This document shows positions 52,938-62,340 of a DNA stretch of 64,000 nt, piece by piece. This DNA comes from an uncultured Chloroflexia bacterium (GTDB taxonomy: Bacteria > Chloroflexota > Limnocylindria > Limnocylindrales > CSP1-4). The notes beneath the pieces are model-generated. The model did no database searches. It was not told where the DNA came from and was given only the letters and a program-made list of their open reading frames with translations. The translations under genes were made by a program, and so were the position numbers. Position 1 is the stretch's first letter. Every line of letters starts with the position of its first letter. The stretch spans positions 96,001 through 160,000 of the forward strand of contig CAVYIM010000005.1 of NCBI GenBank assembly GCA_963768655.1. The letters are read 5' to 3'.

Positions 52938-53867
52938 ATGCTTCCCGGGCCAGAACCGTGCCCACGCGGAGGCTCTCAGTTGCTCAGGCGAGACGGCCCA
53001 GGGGAGGGCGGACCGAGACGCGGCGGGGCGTACTCCTCGCGCGCGCTGCGGCTGGTTGCGGTCGCCACGCTCGTCGTCGTCGTGGGCATCGTCATCGGGG
53101 CCGCAAGCCGGCCGCACGCGGTCGAGTTGTCTCTCTCGACCCCGCAGCAGGGCGACCTGGCAGTCCTTGCACTGCTGGCGTTGTCTGCGGCACTTGGCCT
53201 GCTCCTGGGATGGAATCCGAGTGCGCTCTGGGTGGTGCCCCCGGGCGGGGCAGTCGCTCAACAGGGCAAGAAGTCGAGGCTCCCGTGGGGAGTCAGGCTC
53301 ATCCTCACGCTGTTGCCGTTCCTGGTTCTGGCCTTCCTGCTCGCCGCGGCAAGGCACCTCTCCGGCACGGACCGCCAGCCGACCAACGTGTCGCCCGGCA
53401 CACCGCCGCTCGTCAGCAATCCGCCGACTACGAACGATGCGGGTCTCCTGCTGGCCTGTCTGGTCCTGGTCGTCGCCGGCTTCCTGGTCACCGCGGTGCT
53501 GCTCCGGAGATCGCGGCCGGCTGGTTTCGTCCAGGCCGCTCCACGCGAACCGATCACGGCGATACTGGACGAGGGTCTCGGCGCCCTGCTGGCTGAGCAC
53601 GACCCACGCAAGGCGGTAATTGCCGCCTACGTCGCGATGGAGCGGGCGATGGCACGTAGAGGGTGGGCCAGGCGCCCGCACGAGGCCCCGACGGAGTACC
53701 TGACCCGTGTCCTGGGTGTGGCGCCGGGTTCGGCCCACGATCTCGACGATCTCGTGAGCCTGTACGAGTACGCCAGGTTCAGCGAGCACACCGTCACGCC
53801 GGCCATGCGGGACACCGCCGTGGATTCCGTCCGGCGGCTTCGGGCCGAGCTTGCGGAGCCGGCGTGA
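52938..53867 (+). CDS. DUF4129-domain membrane protein
   Basis: TM helices, then AVIAAY..ME...G..R..HE.P.EY.....LYE.ARFS; start uncertain. Confidence 0.8.
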   Translation: MLPGPEPCPRGGSQLLRRDGPGEGGPRRGGAYSSRALRLVAVATLVVVVGIVIGAASRPHAVELSLSTPQQGDLAVLALLALSAALGLLLGWNPSALWVVPPGGAVAQQGKKSRLPWGVRLILTLLPFLVLAFLLAAARHLSGTDRQPTNVSPGTPPLVSNPPTTNDAGLLLACLVLVVAGFLVTAVLLRRSRPAGFVQAAPREPITAILDEGLGALLAEHDPRKAVIAAYVAMERAMARRGWARRPHEAPTEYLTRVLGVAPGSAHDLDDLVSLYEYARFSEHTVTPAMRDTAVDSVRRLRAELAEPA

Positions 53868-54565
53868 CCGGGCCGCGAAACGACGCTTCGGGCGATCAGC
53901 CGGTTCGCCCCGGACGAGCCCGGGGTCGTTCCGGCGGAGCCGGCCGGCTCGCGCCGTGGAGGTGGAGGCTGCCTCGCAACCTGGCGACGATCGCCCGGCT
54001 GGCCGGCCCACCAACCGCGCTCGCCGTTCTCGCCACGATCGTCCTCGTGAGTGCCCTGGTGACGTTCCAGGGCATGCGCAGCCTGGCCGTCAACGCCTGG
54101 CTGCTGGCAGTCGGCGGGCTGCTCGTGTGGACCTGCTGGCGCGCCCTCGCCACGGCTCTGCCGACGGCCGCCGCGTCGGAATTCGACTTCGTCCGGAACC
54201 GACCCCCCGAGCAGCCCTCCGAACTCCGTGACGCCAAGACGATCGTGGCAGTGATCGTGGACTCCGAACGGAGCTGGCGAAGCGTGGAGTTCCGCCTGCG
54301 CCCCATGCTGCGCACCGTCGCCGCGGCTCGACTGGTCGAACGCTACCAGGTGGACCTGGAGGAAGAGCCGGCGGCCGCCCATCGGATCCTCGGCGACGAA
54401 CTGTGGGAACTCGTCGGCCCGGGAACGTACGGTCCGGCCGAGGCCGACCGGACCGCGGGCGAGATCCCCGGCTTGCCCGGCACCGATCAGACTCATACAC
54501 GCGGGCGCGGTGGGATCCCGCGCGCGACCATCAAGCGAGCCGTCGACCTTCTGGAGGCACTGTGA
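53864..54565 (+). CDS. Hypothetical membrane protein of the MoxR operon
   Basis: GTGA-coupled on both sides; 2 TM helices; LRP.LR...LG.ELWELV. Confidence 0.75.
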   Translation: MTGPRNDASGDQPVRPGRARGRSGGAGRLAPWRWRLPRNLATIARLAGPPTALAVLATIVLVSALVTFQGMRSLAVNAWLLAVGGLLVWTCWRALATALPTAAASEFDFVRNRPPEQPSELRDAKTIVAVIVDSERSWRSVEFRLRPMLRTVAAARLVERYQVDLEEEPAAAHRILGDELWELVGPGTYGPAEADRTAGEIPGLPGTDQTHTRGRGGIPRATIKRAVDLLEAL

Positions 54566-55554
54566 CCAAGGACACCGGCATCAACGACACTCGCCGCGCC
54601 GCGGAGCTGGCGGGACACGTGCTGGACGAGATAGAGCGCGTCGTCGTCGGCAAGAGATCGGTCCTGGAGCTGGTTCTGCTGGCGCTGCTGGCCGACGGCC
54701 ACGTCCTCATCGAGGATCTGCCCGGCCTGGCCAAGACTCTCATGGCCCGTTCCTTCGCCCGCGTCATCAACCTCAGCTTCGCCCGCATCCAGTTCACGCC
54801 GGATCTGATGCCCTCGGACGTGACCGGCGCGGCGATCTACGACCAGCGCAGCGGCGAGTTCGTCTTTCGACCCGGGCCGGTCTTCGCCAACCTGCTCCTC
54901 GGCGACGAGATCAACCGCGCCCCGGCCAAGACTCAGGCCGCCCTGCTGGAGGCGATGGCGGAGCGCCAGGTTACGGTCGACGGCTCCACTCGGCTGCTGG
55001 AGCGGCCGTTCCTGGTGATCGCCACGCAGAACCCCATCGAGGCCGAGGGGACATACCCGCTCCCGGAAGCCCAGCTGGACCAATTCCTGGTTCGCATCTC
55101 CGTTGGCCACCCCGCGAGAGGCGACGAGATCGAAATGCTCGAGCGCAGGGCCGCGCGCCGGACGGACGATGTCGAGCTGCGCGAGGTGCTCGACCCGGCC
55201 ACGCTGCGCTGGATGCAAAGCGTGACCGAGGCCGTGTACGTCTCCCCCAGCATCGCGGCGTACATCGTCGACCTGGTCGCGGCCACGCGCACGAGCCCGC
55301 AGGTCCAGGTCGGGGCCAGCCCGCGGGGCTCCCTGGCGCTCCTGAAGCTGTCGCGCTCGCGGGCCACGATCGCCGGCCGCGACTTCGTCATCCCTGAGGA
55401 CGTCAAGGCCGTCGCGGTGCCGGCGCTGGCCCACCGCATCATGCTCAAGCCCGAGGTCTGGGTGCAACGCCTCCGGACCGACGATCTCGTCCGGCGCGTT
55501 CTCGAGAGCGTGCCGACGCCCGTTCCCGTCGAAGCGGCGCCGAAGCCAGCTTGA
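54562..55554 (+). CDS. MoxR-family AAA+ ATPase
   Basis: EDLPGLAKT, RIQFTPDL.PSD, DEINRA..KTQ.ALLEAM, ATQNP and GASPR motifs. Confidence 0.93.
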   Translation: MTKDTGINDTRRAAELAGHVLDEIERVVVGKRSVLELVLLALLADGHVLIEDLPGLAKTLMARSFARVINLSFARIQFTPDLMPSDVTGAAIYDQRSGEFVFRPGPVFANLLLGDEINRAPAKTQAALLEAMAERQVTVDGSTRLLERPFLVIATQNPIEAEGTYPLPEAQLDQFLVRISVGHPARGDEIEMLERRAARRTDDVELREVLDPATLRWMQSVTEAVYVSPSIAAYIVDLVAATRTSPQVQVGASPRGSLALLKLSRSRATIAGRDFVIPEDVKAVAVPALAHRIMLKPEVWVQRLRTDDLVRRVLESVPTPVPVEAAPKPA

Positions 55555-56825
55555 ACCTGACCGTCTCGCCCAAGCTCAGTGCCTATGCCGCCCTGGGGGC
55601 GGCGGGCTTCCTCGTCGCCCTCGTGTTCGGCTACCCGGAAGCAGCCGTCCTGGGGTTGCCGTTCATCGTTGCCGTCCTGGCCGGGCTGGCGCTCGTCGAA
55701 CGCCCGAACCTCTACGCGTCGGTCGAGATCGATCGCGACCGGCTCCTCGAGGGCGACGACGTCCATCTCGCGGTCACGCTCCGCTCCACCACGGACGTGC
55801 CGTGGCTGCAGATCGCCTGGCCCGTGCCCCGGAGTCTGGCGGCCCATGGCGGCGGCGACGTCGTGGGCGTGAGACTGGAGACGGAGATGCCGGCGACCGT
55901 CGAGACGGTCCTCACGACGACGCGCTGGGGCGTGGTGCGGCTGCCCAGGCCGCTCGTGCGGGCCCACGACGGCCTCGGGTTCTTCCGCTTCGAGGGCTCG
56001 ATCGACCTGGATCGGACCCTGCGCGTGTACCCGCGGCCCGAAACGCTCCGGCGGGCGCTGATTCCGGCCGAAACCCAGGTCTTCAGCGGCAACGAGCTGT
56101 CCAGGGCTCGGGGCGACGGCATCGAATTCGCCGACGTCCGGCCGTACGTGGCCGGGGACAGACCCAGGCGGATCAACTGGCGCCTGAGCACGCGGGCCGG
56201 ACAGCTCCACGTCAACGAGATGCACCCCGAGCGCAACACCGACGTGGTCATCTTCCTGGACCTCTTCAGCGACGTCCGCTCCGGCGCGCAGGGCACGCTC
56301 GACTATGCGGTTCGGGCCGCGGCGGCATTGGCCGAGCACTATCTCGCGCGGCGCGACAGGGTCGGCGTGATCGGCTTCGGCGGTGTCCTGCGATGGCTCA
56401 AGCCCGATATGGGCGCGACCCAGATATATCGGATCGTGGACACGCTGATCAATTCGGAGATCGTGGTCACGCACGTTCCGCGCGGCATCGAGGTCATTCC
56501 GCCTCGCATGTTGCCGCCAAAGTCGCTCGTCGTGGCTCTGACTCCGCTCTTCGACGACCGGGCTGTCGAAGCTCTGCTGGACCTGCGTGCGCGCCGCTTC
56601 GACCTGACCGTCGTGGAGGTCATGGCCGAGCCGTTCGCCGTTCCAGGGCCGAGCGACGCCGCCCGCCTCGCCCGCCGCATCTGGGAGCTCGATCGCGCCG
56701 CGACGCGCCTGCGCTATCGCCGCCTCGGCGTGCCGATCGTGCCGTGGCGCCCGGGCGAACCGCTGGCGGGCCCGCTGGCTGAGTGGCGCAAATCCGGGAG
56801 GCGCAACAGATGGCTCCACGCCTGA
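55551..56825 (+). CDS. DUF58-domain protein
   Basis: G.EF..VRPY..GD..R.INW..S.R motif directly downstream of MoxR. Confidence 0.9.
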   Translation: MNLTVSPKLSAYAALGAAGFLVALVFGYPEAAVLGLPFIVAVLAGLALVERPNLYASVEIDRDRLLEGDDVHLAVTLRSTTDVPWLQIAWPVPRSLAAHGGGDVVGVRLETEMPATVETVLTTTRWGVVRLPRPLVRAHDGLGFFRFEGSIDLDRTLRVYPRPETLRRALIPAETQVFSGNELSRARGDGIEFADVRPYVAGDRPRRINWRLSTRAGQLHVNEMHPERNTDVVIFLDLFSDVRSGAQGTLDYAVRAAAALAEHYLARRDRVGVIGFGGVLRWLKPDMGATQIYRIVDTLINSEIVVTHVPRGIEVIPPRMLPPKSLVVALTPLFDDRAVEALLDLRARRFDLTVVEVMAEPFAVPGPSDAARLARRIWELDRAATRLRYRRLGVPIVPWRPGEPLAGPLAEWRKSGRRNRWLHA

Positions 56826-57400
56826 CCACGGCCGCACTGGCATTGTTCGGCGCGGCCGCTTTCGGGGTCGTCTCGACCGTCGCCGGCACCGACCCGACGG
56901 GCGCGGCCGGAGCGGTGGGGCCTTCCGGTTGGGAGATCCCCGGGCTGCTGTCTCTCGGGGCGCTGGCGTGCCTCGGCCTGGGGCTCGGACTGGCCAGCCC
57001 ACGCCCGATCGTGATCGCGCTCGCGTTGCTCGGCATTGCCTGGCTCATCGGCCTGCCGACGTCGAGTGCGTGGCGGTCCCTCACCGCCGCGGCCGGCGGC
57101 TGGTTGCTGGCGGTCGCCGAGCTGGCCTACTGGTCGCTCGAATTCCGGGTGTCGGGTATCGATCAGAGAACCGTGTACGTCCGGCGTGCGGCAACGATCG
57201 CGGCCCTCGTGGGCGCCTCGGCCGTGCTGGCTCTCGTGCCGGAGTTCGATCTCTCCCCGACCCAGATCGGCGGCGTTGGGCTCACGGCCGCCGGCTTGCT
57301 CGCTGCGGCGGCCCTCGTCGCCGTGGCGGCGGCTCTCGCGTGGCGCCTGCGGACGGGGCGCGACCCACAGCCCGCGGTCGCCGACCGGCCGACGGAGTGA
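56810..57400 (+). CDS. Hypothetical membrane protein
   Basis: Multiple TM helices; overlaps the DUF58 stop; SD GGAGG. Confidence 0.7.
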   Translation: MAPRLTTAALALFGAAAFGVVSTVAGTDPTGAAGAVGPSGWEIPGLLSLGALACLGLGLGLASPRPIVIALALLGIAWLIGLPTSSAWRSLTAAAGGWLLAVAELAYWSLEFRVSGIDQRTVYVRRAATIAALVGASAVLALVPEFDLSPTQIGGVGLTAAGLLAAAALVAVAAALAWRLRTGRDPQPAVADRPTE

Positions 57401-57497
57401 CGCGGCCGGCTTCATCCGGCACGCCCGAGCAGCACCGCCCGGGGCCGAGCCTCAGACTCTACTTGCGTCGTTGCGCAAGCTGTTGTAGAGTGTGCGC

Positions 57498-57792
57498 ATG
57501 CTCGAACTGAGCGATCTGGAGGCAACGCAGACTGCGGTCCGCCGCGGTGGCCAGGGCTCTGGCCGACGCCAAGAGGCTGTGCGTCCTTCGGTGTCTCGGT
57601 GAGGGCGAGTTGTCGGTCCGGGACCTGTCCGAGCGCGTCGGATGTCATGTCCCGAACATGAGCCAGCACCTCGCGGTGCTGCGCAACTCGGGTCTGGTCC
57701 TGACCAGGCGCGACGGCAACGTCATCTACTACCGCCTCGCGGACGCGCAAATCCTCGAGGCCTGCCGGCTGCTCGAATCCATTTCCGGCTGA
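57498..57792 (+). CDS. ArsR/SmtB-family regulator (apparent +1 frameshift near 57521)
   Basis: ALAD.KRL...SQHLAVLR..GLV..RRDG..IYYRL. ATG 57498 joins the frame after removing one G. Confidence 0.85.
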
Positions 57793-57844
57793 GTTCGGCT
57801 CGAACTCGGCACCATTCCAGCAGGGAGAAAGGACCATCCATCAG

Positions 57845-58186
57845 ATGGCCGAGGTTGCACAAGTCACGGACGAGACTTTCGAACAGGTCGTCCTCAACGC
57901 CGAGCGGCCGATCATCGTCGACTTCTGGGCCACCTGGTGCGGCCCCTGCGCGATGGTCGCTCCCGAGCTGGAGCGGATCGCCAGGAAGTACGCGGGCGTC
58001 ATCGACGTCGTGAAGATGGACGTCGACGCCAACCCGGCCGTGTCCCAGGCGCTCCAGATCATGAACCTGCCCACAGTCGCTTTCTTCCGCCCCGGACAGC
58101 AGCCGATGGCCGTCATCGGGGCCCGGTCGGCGGAACAGTTCGAGGCAAGCTTCGGGCTTTCGCAGTACGCTACGCCCAAGAGTTGA
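57845..58186 (+). CDS. trxA: Thioredoxin
   Basis: VDFWATWCGPC and cis-Pro (LPT) motifs. Confidence 0.92.
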   Translation: MAEVAQVTDETFEQVVLNAERPIIVDFWATWCGPCAMVAPELERIARKYAGVIDVVKMDVDANPAVSQALQIMNLPTVAFFRPGQQPMAVIGARSAEQFEASFGLSQYATPKS

Positions 58187-58215
58187 GGGCCAGATAGCCC
58201 GACCACAATCGAATA

Positions 58216-58288
58216 TCCCAAAACGGGGCCTCCCCCTCGGCCCCGTCTAGCGACCCCGGCCTTCCCCCTCAGGCCGGGGTCGTGTTTT
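58216..58288 (+). ncRNA. Twin hairpins with identical TCCCCCTC loops; candidate sRNA ending in a terminator
   Basis: ACGGGGCC-TCCCCCTC-GGCCCCGT (58223-58246); CGACCCCGGCCT-TCCCCCTC-AGGCCGGGGTCG (58251-58282) followed by TGTTTT; CACAAT at 58204-58209. Confidence 0.55.
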
Positions 58289-58336
58289 GCGCCGAATTCG
58301 GGTCGCCGCGGCGCTGCCGAAGGCTTCGGTCCGACC

Positions 58337-58711
58337 TCAGTTCGGTCGAGGCGGGGGCGTCCGATCGTCGGGCGACTGCCCGGCCAGTCGCCAGGCGCTC
58401 TCGAACCAGGACAGGGCGCGGTCCAGGGCAAAGCCGTCCACCTCCCTCGGCTGGAGGGTGACCCAGGCTGATCCGCGGGAGGAGCGGACCGTGTCCGCCG
58501 TCCGAAGGGCCGCGCCGGCAACTTCGGGTCGAAGGCGGAAGCTGACGATATTCCCCTGGCGGGCGGCGAAGACGGTGGCCCCACGCACGTATTCGACGAG
58601 GGTCCCGGACTCGTGGCGGTGGATCTCGCCCAGCTCGTCCGCCAGCCGGTCGATCGCCTCGCTCAGGCTCGGCGCTCTTGTGCCCCCGTTGTCGGTTCGG
58701 TCGTCGGTCAT
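58337..58711 (-). CDS. Hypothetical protein (possibly YjbR/TfoX-like fold)
   Basis: 124-aa ORF in operon position with normal composition. Confidence 0.6.
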   Translation of the reverse strand: MTDDRTDNGGTRAPSLSEAIDRLADELGEIHRHESGTLVEYVRGATVFAARQGNIVSFRLRPEVAGAALRTADTVRSSRGSAWVTLQPREVDGFALDRALSWFESAWRLAGQSPDDRTPPPRPN

Positions 58712-58747
58712 CCGGTTGCCACTTTCCTGGCCGAATACCGCAGGCGA

Positions 58748-59236
58748 TCAGCGCCCCGCTGCTGCGAGCACGGCTCGGAGATCCGCCATGTGCTCGTCGT
58801 AGTGTTCGGTGGTGTTGCCGAGCAGCGACTTGAGGTGGGTAGGGTCCTTGAGCCAGCGAGTCTCGGGCACCACGGTCAGGTAGCCGCGCAACTCGCCCGG
58901 CAACGTCGCGAAGCGACGCCTCACTTCGGCCATCGGCAGAGCCGCCCATTCGGCCTGCAGGCGAGCGTTGATCGCCTCGCCCTGAGCATCCCAGTCGGCG
59001 CCGACTTCCTCGAGCCGATCGAAGGCCGGGCTCTTCGGCCCGATCGCCAGCTCCTCCGCGATGGCTCGCCAGCTCGCGACCCAGGCGCCGAGGTGGCCCA
59101 TCAGATCCCTTCCGCTCCAGCCATGCGCCCCCTCGACGGGCTTCTCCAGCTGCTCATCGGTGAGGTCCAGCAGGGCCTCATACGGTCGCCAGGCTTCGCG
59201 CTCTTCGTCGAGGAAAGACAGTCCGTCGGCATACAT
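58748..59236 (-). CDS. DinB-like four-helix bundle protein
   Basis: GWS.RDLMGHL..W ... N ... EHYDEH motifs. Confidence 0.8.
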   Translation of the reverse strand: MYADGLSFLDEEREAWRPYEALLDLTDEQLEKPVEGAHGWSGRDLMGHLGAWVASWRAIAEELAIGPKSPAFDRLEEVGADWDAQGEAINARLQAEWAALPMAEVRRRFATLPGELRGYLTVVPETRWLKDPTHLKSLLGNTTEHYDEHMADLRAVLAAAGR

Positions 59237-59557
59237 GCGTCGATGGTAGCGCCCGGTGCGCGGGTGCGCCGGACTTACTGCCTGTCGTAGGTACGCCCGG
59301 ACGGGCCATTGCCCCGGGCCGATCCGGCGTTACGGTGGATACCGGCCGCCGATTATCGGAGCACGAAGATATCGGAGCACGAAGAGGCCAGGGGCGTCGG
59401 ACACGGGCCGGGGCCACCGCAACCGCCACCTTGAGACGACCGGGGCGTCGTACAGGAGGTCGCCAGCCCCGACCACGACCCGAGCAACCACGGAGAGCCG
59501 GCCAGCATGGACCTCTTCGATCGGCGGCCGCCCACCCTGTCAGCGGCGTGGCAAAGG

Positions 59558-60313
59558 TCAGCGGCGTGGCAAAGCCGTGTCCAGCCGCCGTCGCCGCGGC
59601 GCCCCGGTACGTTCCAGATAGCGCAGGACGACACGCGCGGCCATCACCAGCCCCGCATCGCGGTCGATGGTGCGCACGATCCAATCGACGTAGGTCGGCT
59701 CCAGCTCGGCCACGTCGGCGAGGGTCAGCCCTTCGAACTTGCCGAACCTGAGGCGCGTGTCCAGCGCGTCGGCAAGGGTGGGCAGCTCCCCTTCCAGGTC
59801 CGGACCGGGTCGGCGATGGGTGGGCCCACTGGGCGTTGAGGCGCGCGGCGGCTCGCGATCCTCCGCCGAGCGGGGACGCGGCGGAAGCCCCGGCAGCGGG
59901 CTCCGGTCGAGCGGATGCAGGGTCGAGTTGCGGGGCCGCAGCAGGGCGCTGGTGTCGATCCGGGCGGTGACGGGCCGGCCCGTGCGAGGCTGCGGAACGG
60001 GGCCGGAGCGATGGTCCGGGACCGTGGACGGGTCGCCGGCGGCGGGCCCTCCCGGCCACTCCCCGGATTGGCCGCCGCGGGCCGCTCGGGCCGCCGCTTC
60101 CCGATGCCGCTGCCGCCGCTCCGGGTCGTTGAGCTCATGATATGCCGCGTTGATCTCCGCCATGCGGCGGTTGGCATGGCGCTCGACGCTTTCGTCGCCG
60201 CTCGCCACGTCGGGGTGATGCTGGCGGGCGAGACGTCGCCACGCGGCCTTGATGGTGTCCGAGGTGGCGTCAAGGGGGATCTCGAGGACCGTGAACGGGT
60301 TGCGCTGCGGCAT
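59558..60313 (-). CDS. J-domain protein with C-terminal FGxY/F-G (DUF3820/ExoX-C-like) domain
   Basis: NPF.VL...HPD...INAAY J-domain; LRFGKFEGLTLADVAELEPTYVDWI. Confidence 0.85.
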   Translation of the reverse strand: MPQRNPFTVLEIPLDATSDTIKAAWRRLARQHHPDVASGDESVERHANRRMAEINAAYHELNDPERRQRHREAAARAARGGQSGEWPGGPAAGDPSTVPDHRSGPVPQPRTGRPVTARIDTSALLRPRNSTLHPLDRSPLPGLPPRPRSAEDREPPRASTPSGPTHRRPGPDLEGELPTLADALDTRLRFGKFEGLTLADVAELEPTYVDWIVRTIDRDAGLVMAARVVLRYLERTGAPRRRRLDTALPRR

Positions 60314-60423
60314 CCCACCAGTCTACCGGCCTGCGCCACAAGCCCCGCGCTCGCTGGCCCCGACGCCACTCTCCCGCCGGTCGCGGCAATCGGGCCGTAG
60401 CCCGACTTGACAGCGGCGCCGCG

Positions 60424-61566
60424 GTGCCGTCCCCTACTCTCATGTCATCTTCCGCGTTCCGACCCGGGCGCCTGGCACTGGCCGCGGGCGTCGTGGGCGC
60501 CGTCTCTTTCGGCCTCGCCTATAGATTTGCCCTGCAGTACCGCAAGAGAGTGGGCTTGCCCCATCGAAGCCCGGTCGAGGGCAGTCCGGCAGACTTCGGG
60601 CTGGCATTCGAATCGGTCGAAATCCCGTCGGGAGACGCACCTCTGGCGGGCTGGTTCGTGCCCGCGGGAGGTTCGGACGGCCGCCGCGACCCAGTGGGAC
60701 CCCGGCCCGCGGTCGCGATCGTTCACGGCTGGGAATCGAATCGCGGCCGATCCGTGGCCCACGTTCGATACCTCCACGCCGCCGGATTCCACTGCCTGGT
60801 CATCGATGTCCGAGGCCACGGCGACAACCCGCCCGAGGAGCTGCCGATCGAGGTCCCCGAATTCGCCAAGGATGCCGCGGCGGCGGCACGCTGGCTCGCC
60901 GCCCGACCGGATGTGTCGGCCGTCGGCCTGCTTGGGCATTCGATGGGCGGCGCCGGTGTGATAGTGGCGGCCGCCTCCGTACCGGCGGTCCGGGCGGTCG
61001 TGGCGCTGTCGGCCCACGCCGACCTGGTGCGGATGACCCGCAAGATCTTCGCCATGGCCGAGATGAAGATTCCCGCGCCGATCGCCACTCCCCTCGCCTA
61101 CCTGACGGCCGCGGTCCTGCTGGTCCCGCGTCACCACTCGATCGACGACGCGGACGCGTGCCTCGCCGCCGCGCGGTATAGCGGCCCGCTGCTGCTGATG
61201 CACGGCGAGGACGATCGGGGAGTTCCAGCGGCGCACCTGTCGCTGATCGCCGAGGCGGCCCGCAGCGCCCGCACTTCGCCAGGCTCCGCCCCGGTCGAGA
61301 CGCTCATCGTGCCCGGCTACGGTCACCGCTGGCTGTATGAGGACGCGGAAGTCCGCCGCAGGACGGCGTCGTTCCTCGCCGAAGCGCTCGGCGGCCCGGT
61401 GGCGCCTGAGAAGGCCGGCGAGCTGGCCGCGGCCTGCGTCGTCGAGCGCCCTGAGAATCCCGTCTACGGCTTCGGTGCTCAGAGTGCCGCCCAGAAGGCC
61501 GAAGCCGAGGCTCGCGAGAAGGCTCGCCGGGACGCCCGCCCCGGCGCCGACGGCTCGCTCAACTGA
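60424..61566 (+). CDS. Alpha/beta hydrolase
   Basis: VHGW, D.RGHG, GHSMGG, HGEDD..VP and GH motifs; start uncertain. Confidence 0.9.
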   Translation: MPSPTLMSSSAFRPGRLALAAGVVGAVSFGLAYRFALQYRKRVGLPHRSPVEGSPADFGLAFESVEIPSGDAPLAGWFVPAGGSDGRRDPVGPRPAVAIVHGWESNRGRSVAHVRYLHAAGFHCLVIDVRGHGDNPPEELPIEVPEFAKDAAAAARWLAARPDVSAVGLLGHSMGGAGVIVAAASVPAVRAVVALSAHADLVRMTRKIFAMAEMKIPAPIATPLAYLTAAVLLVPRHHSIDDADACLAAARYSGPLLLMHGEDDRGVPAAHLSLIAEAARSARTSPGSAPVETLIVPGYGHRWLYEDAEVRRRTASFLAEALGGPVAPEKAGELAAACVVERPENPVYGFGAQSAAQKAEAEAREKARRDARPGADGSLN

Positions 61567-61634
61567 TCCGGTCGCGTACCCTCGCGCCGCGGCGGCACCG
61601 GCCCGCCGCCCCGCCCTTCACCTGGAGCAGAGCA

Positions 61635-62153
61635 ATGGACACCTGGCAAGCAATCGACACCACGCGAGCGATCCGCAAGTTCGCCGATCGGCCGCTCGAA
61701 CCGGAGCACCTGACGCGCATCCTCAACGCCGGGCGCCGCTCGGGCAGCTCCAAGAACCAGCAGAACTGGGACTTCGTCGTCTGCACCGACCGAGCCCACC
61801 TGGCCGAGCTGGCCGGTGTCGGCCCGTACGCCCAGCACCTGGCCGGCGCCGCGGCCGCGATCGCGCTCATCACGCCCGACCCGGCCACCGCCGAGGCGCC
61901 GCTGTCGGTCATGTGGGACCTGGGCCGCGCGGCCCAGAACATGACCCTGGCCGCCTGGGAGCTGGGCATCGGCAGCGTCCCCGCCACGGTGTACGAGCAA
62001 GCGCTCATCCGCAAGCTCCTCGGCCTGCCGGCCGGCCGCCACTGCGAGTTCCTGCTCTCGTTCGGCTACCCGGCGGATCTGGAGGCGTTGACCTGGCCGA
62101 AGCGAAAGGGCCGGAAGCCGCTCGAGGCCATCGTCCACTACGAGCGCTGGTAG
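61635..62153 (+). CDS. Nitroreductase family protein
   Basis: R.IRKF, S.KN.Q.W, D.G.AAQNM.LAA..LG.G, GYP and RKPL motifs. Confidence 0.92.
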   Translation: MDTWQAIDTTRAIRKFADRPLEPEHLTRILNAGRRSGSSKNQQNWDFVVCTDRAHLAELAGVGPYAQHLAGAAAAIALITPDPATAEAPLSVMWDLGRAAQNMTLAAWELGIGSVPATVYEQALIRKLLGLPAGRHCEFLLSFGYPADLEALTWPKRKGRKPLEAIVHYERW

Positions 62154-62340
62154 CGTGCCTTGCCAGCGTGGCCAGTGTTCGTTGGCCTCGCCAGGGAGCA
62201 GCGGCCTTTGGCCGGTCGGCGCAACTCCTTTATCCTCCGCGACCTCCTATGTCCCGTTCGGCGGCCGCCCTCCGTGGCGTCACGGACACTCCTTCGATGC
62301 GTCATCCTGCCGTTGTTCGGATGATAGAGGGAGGCGGAGC

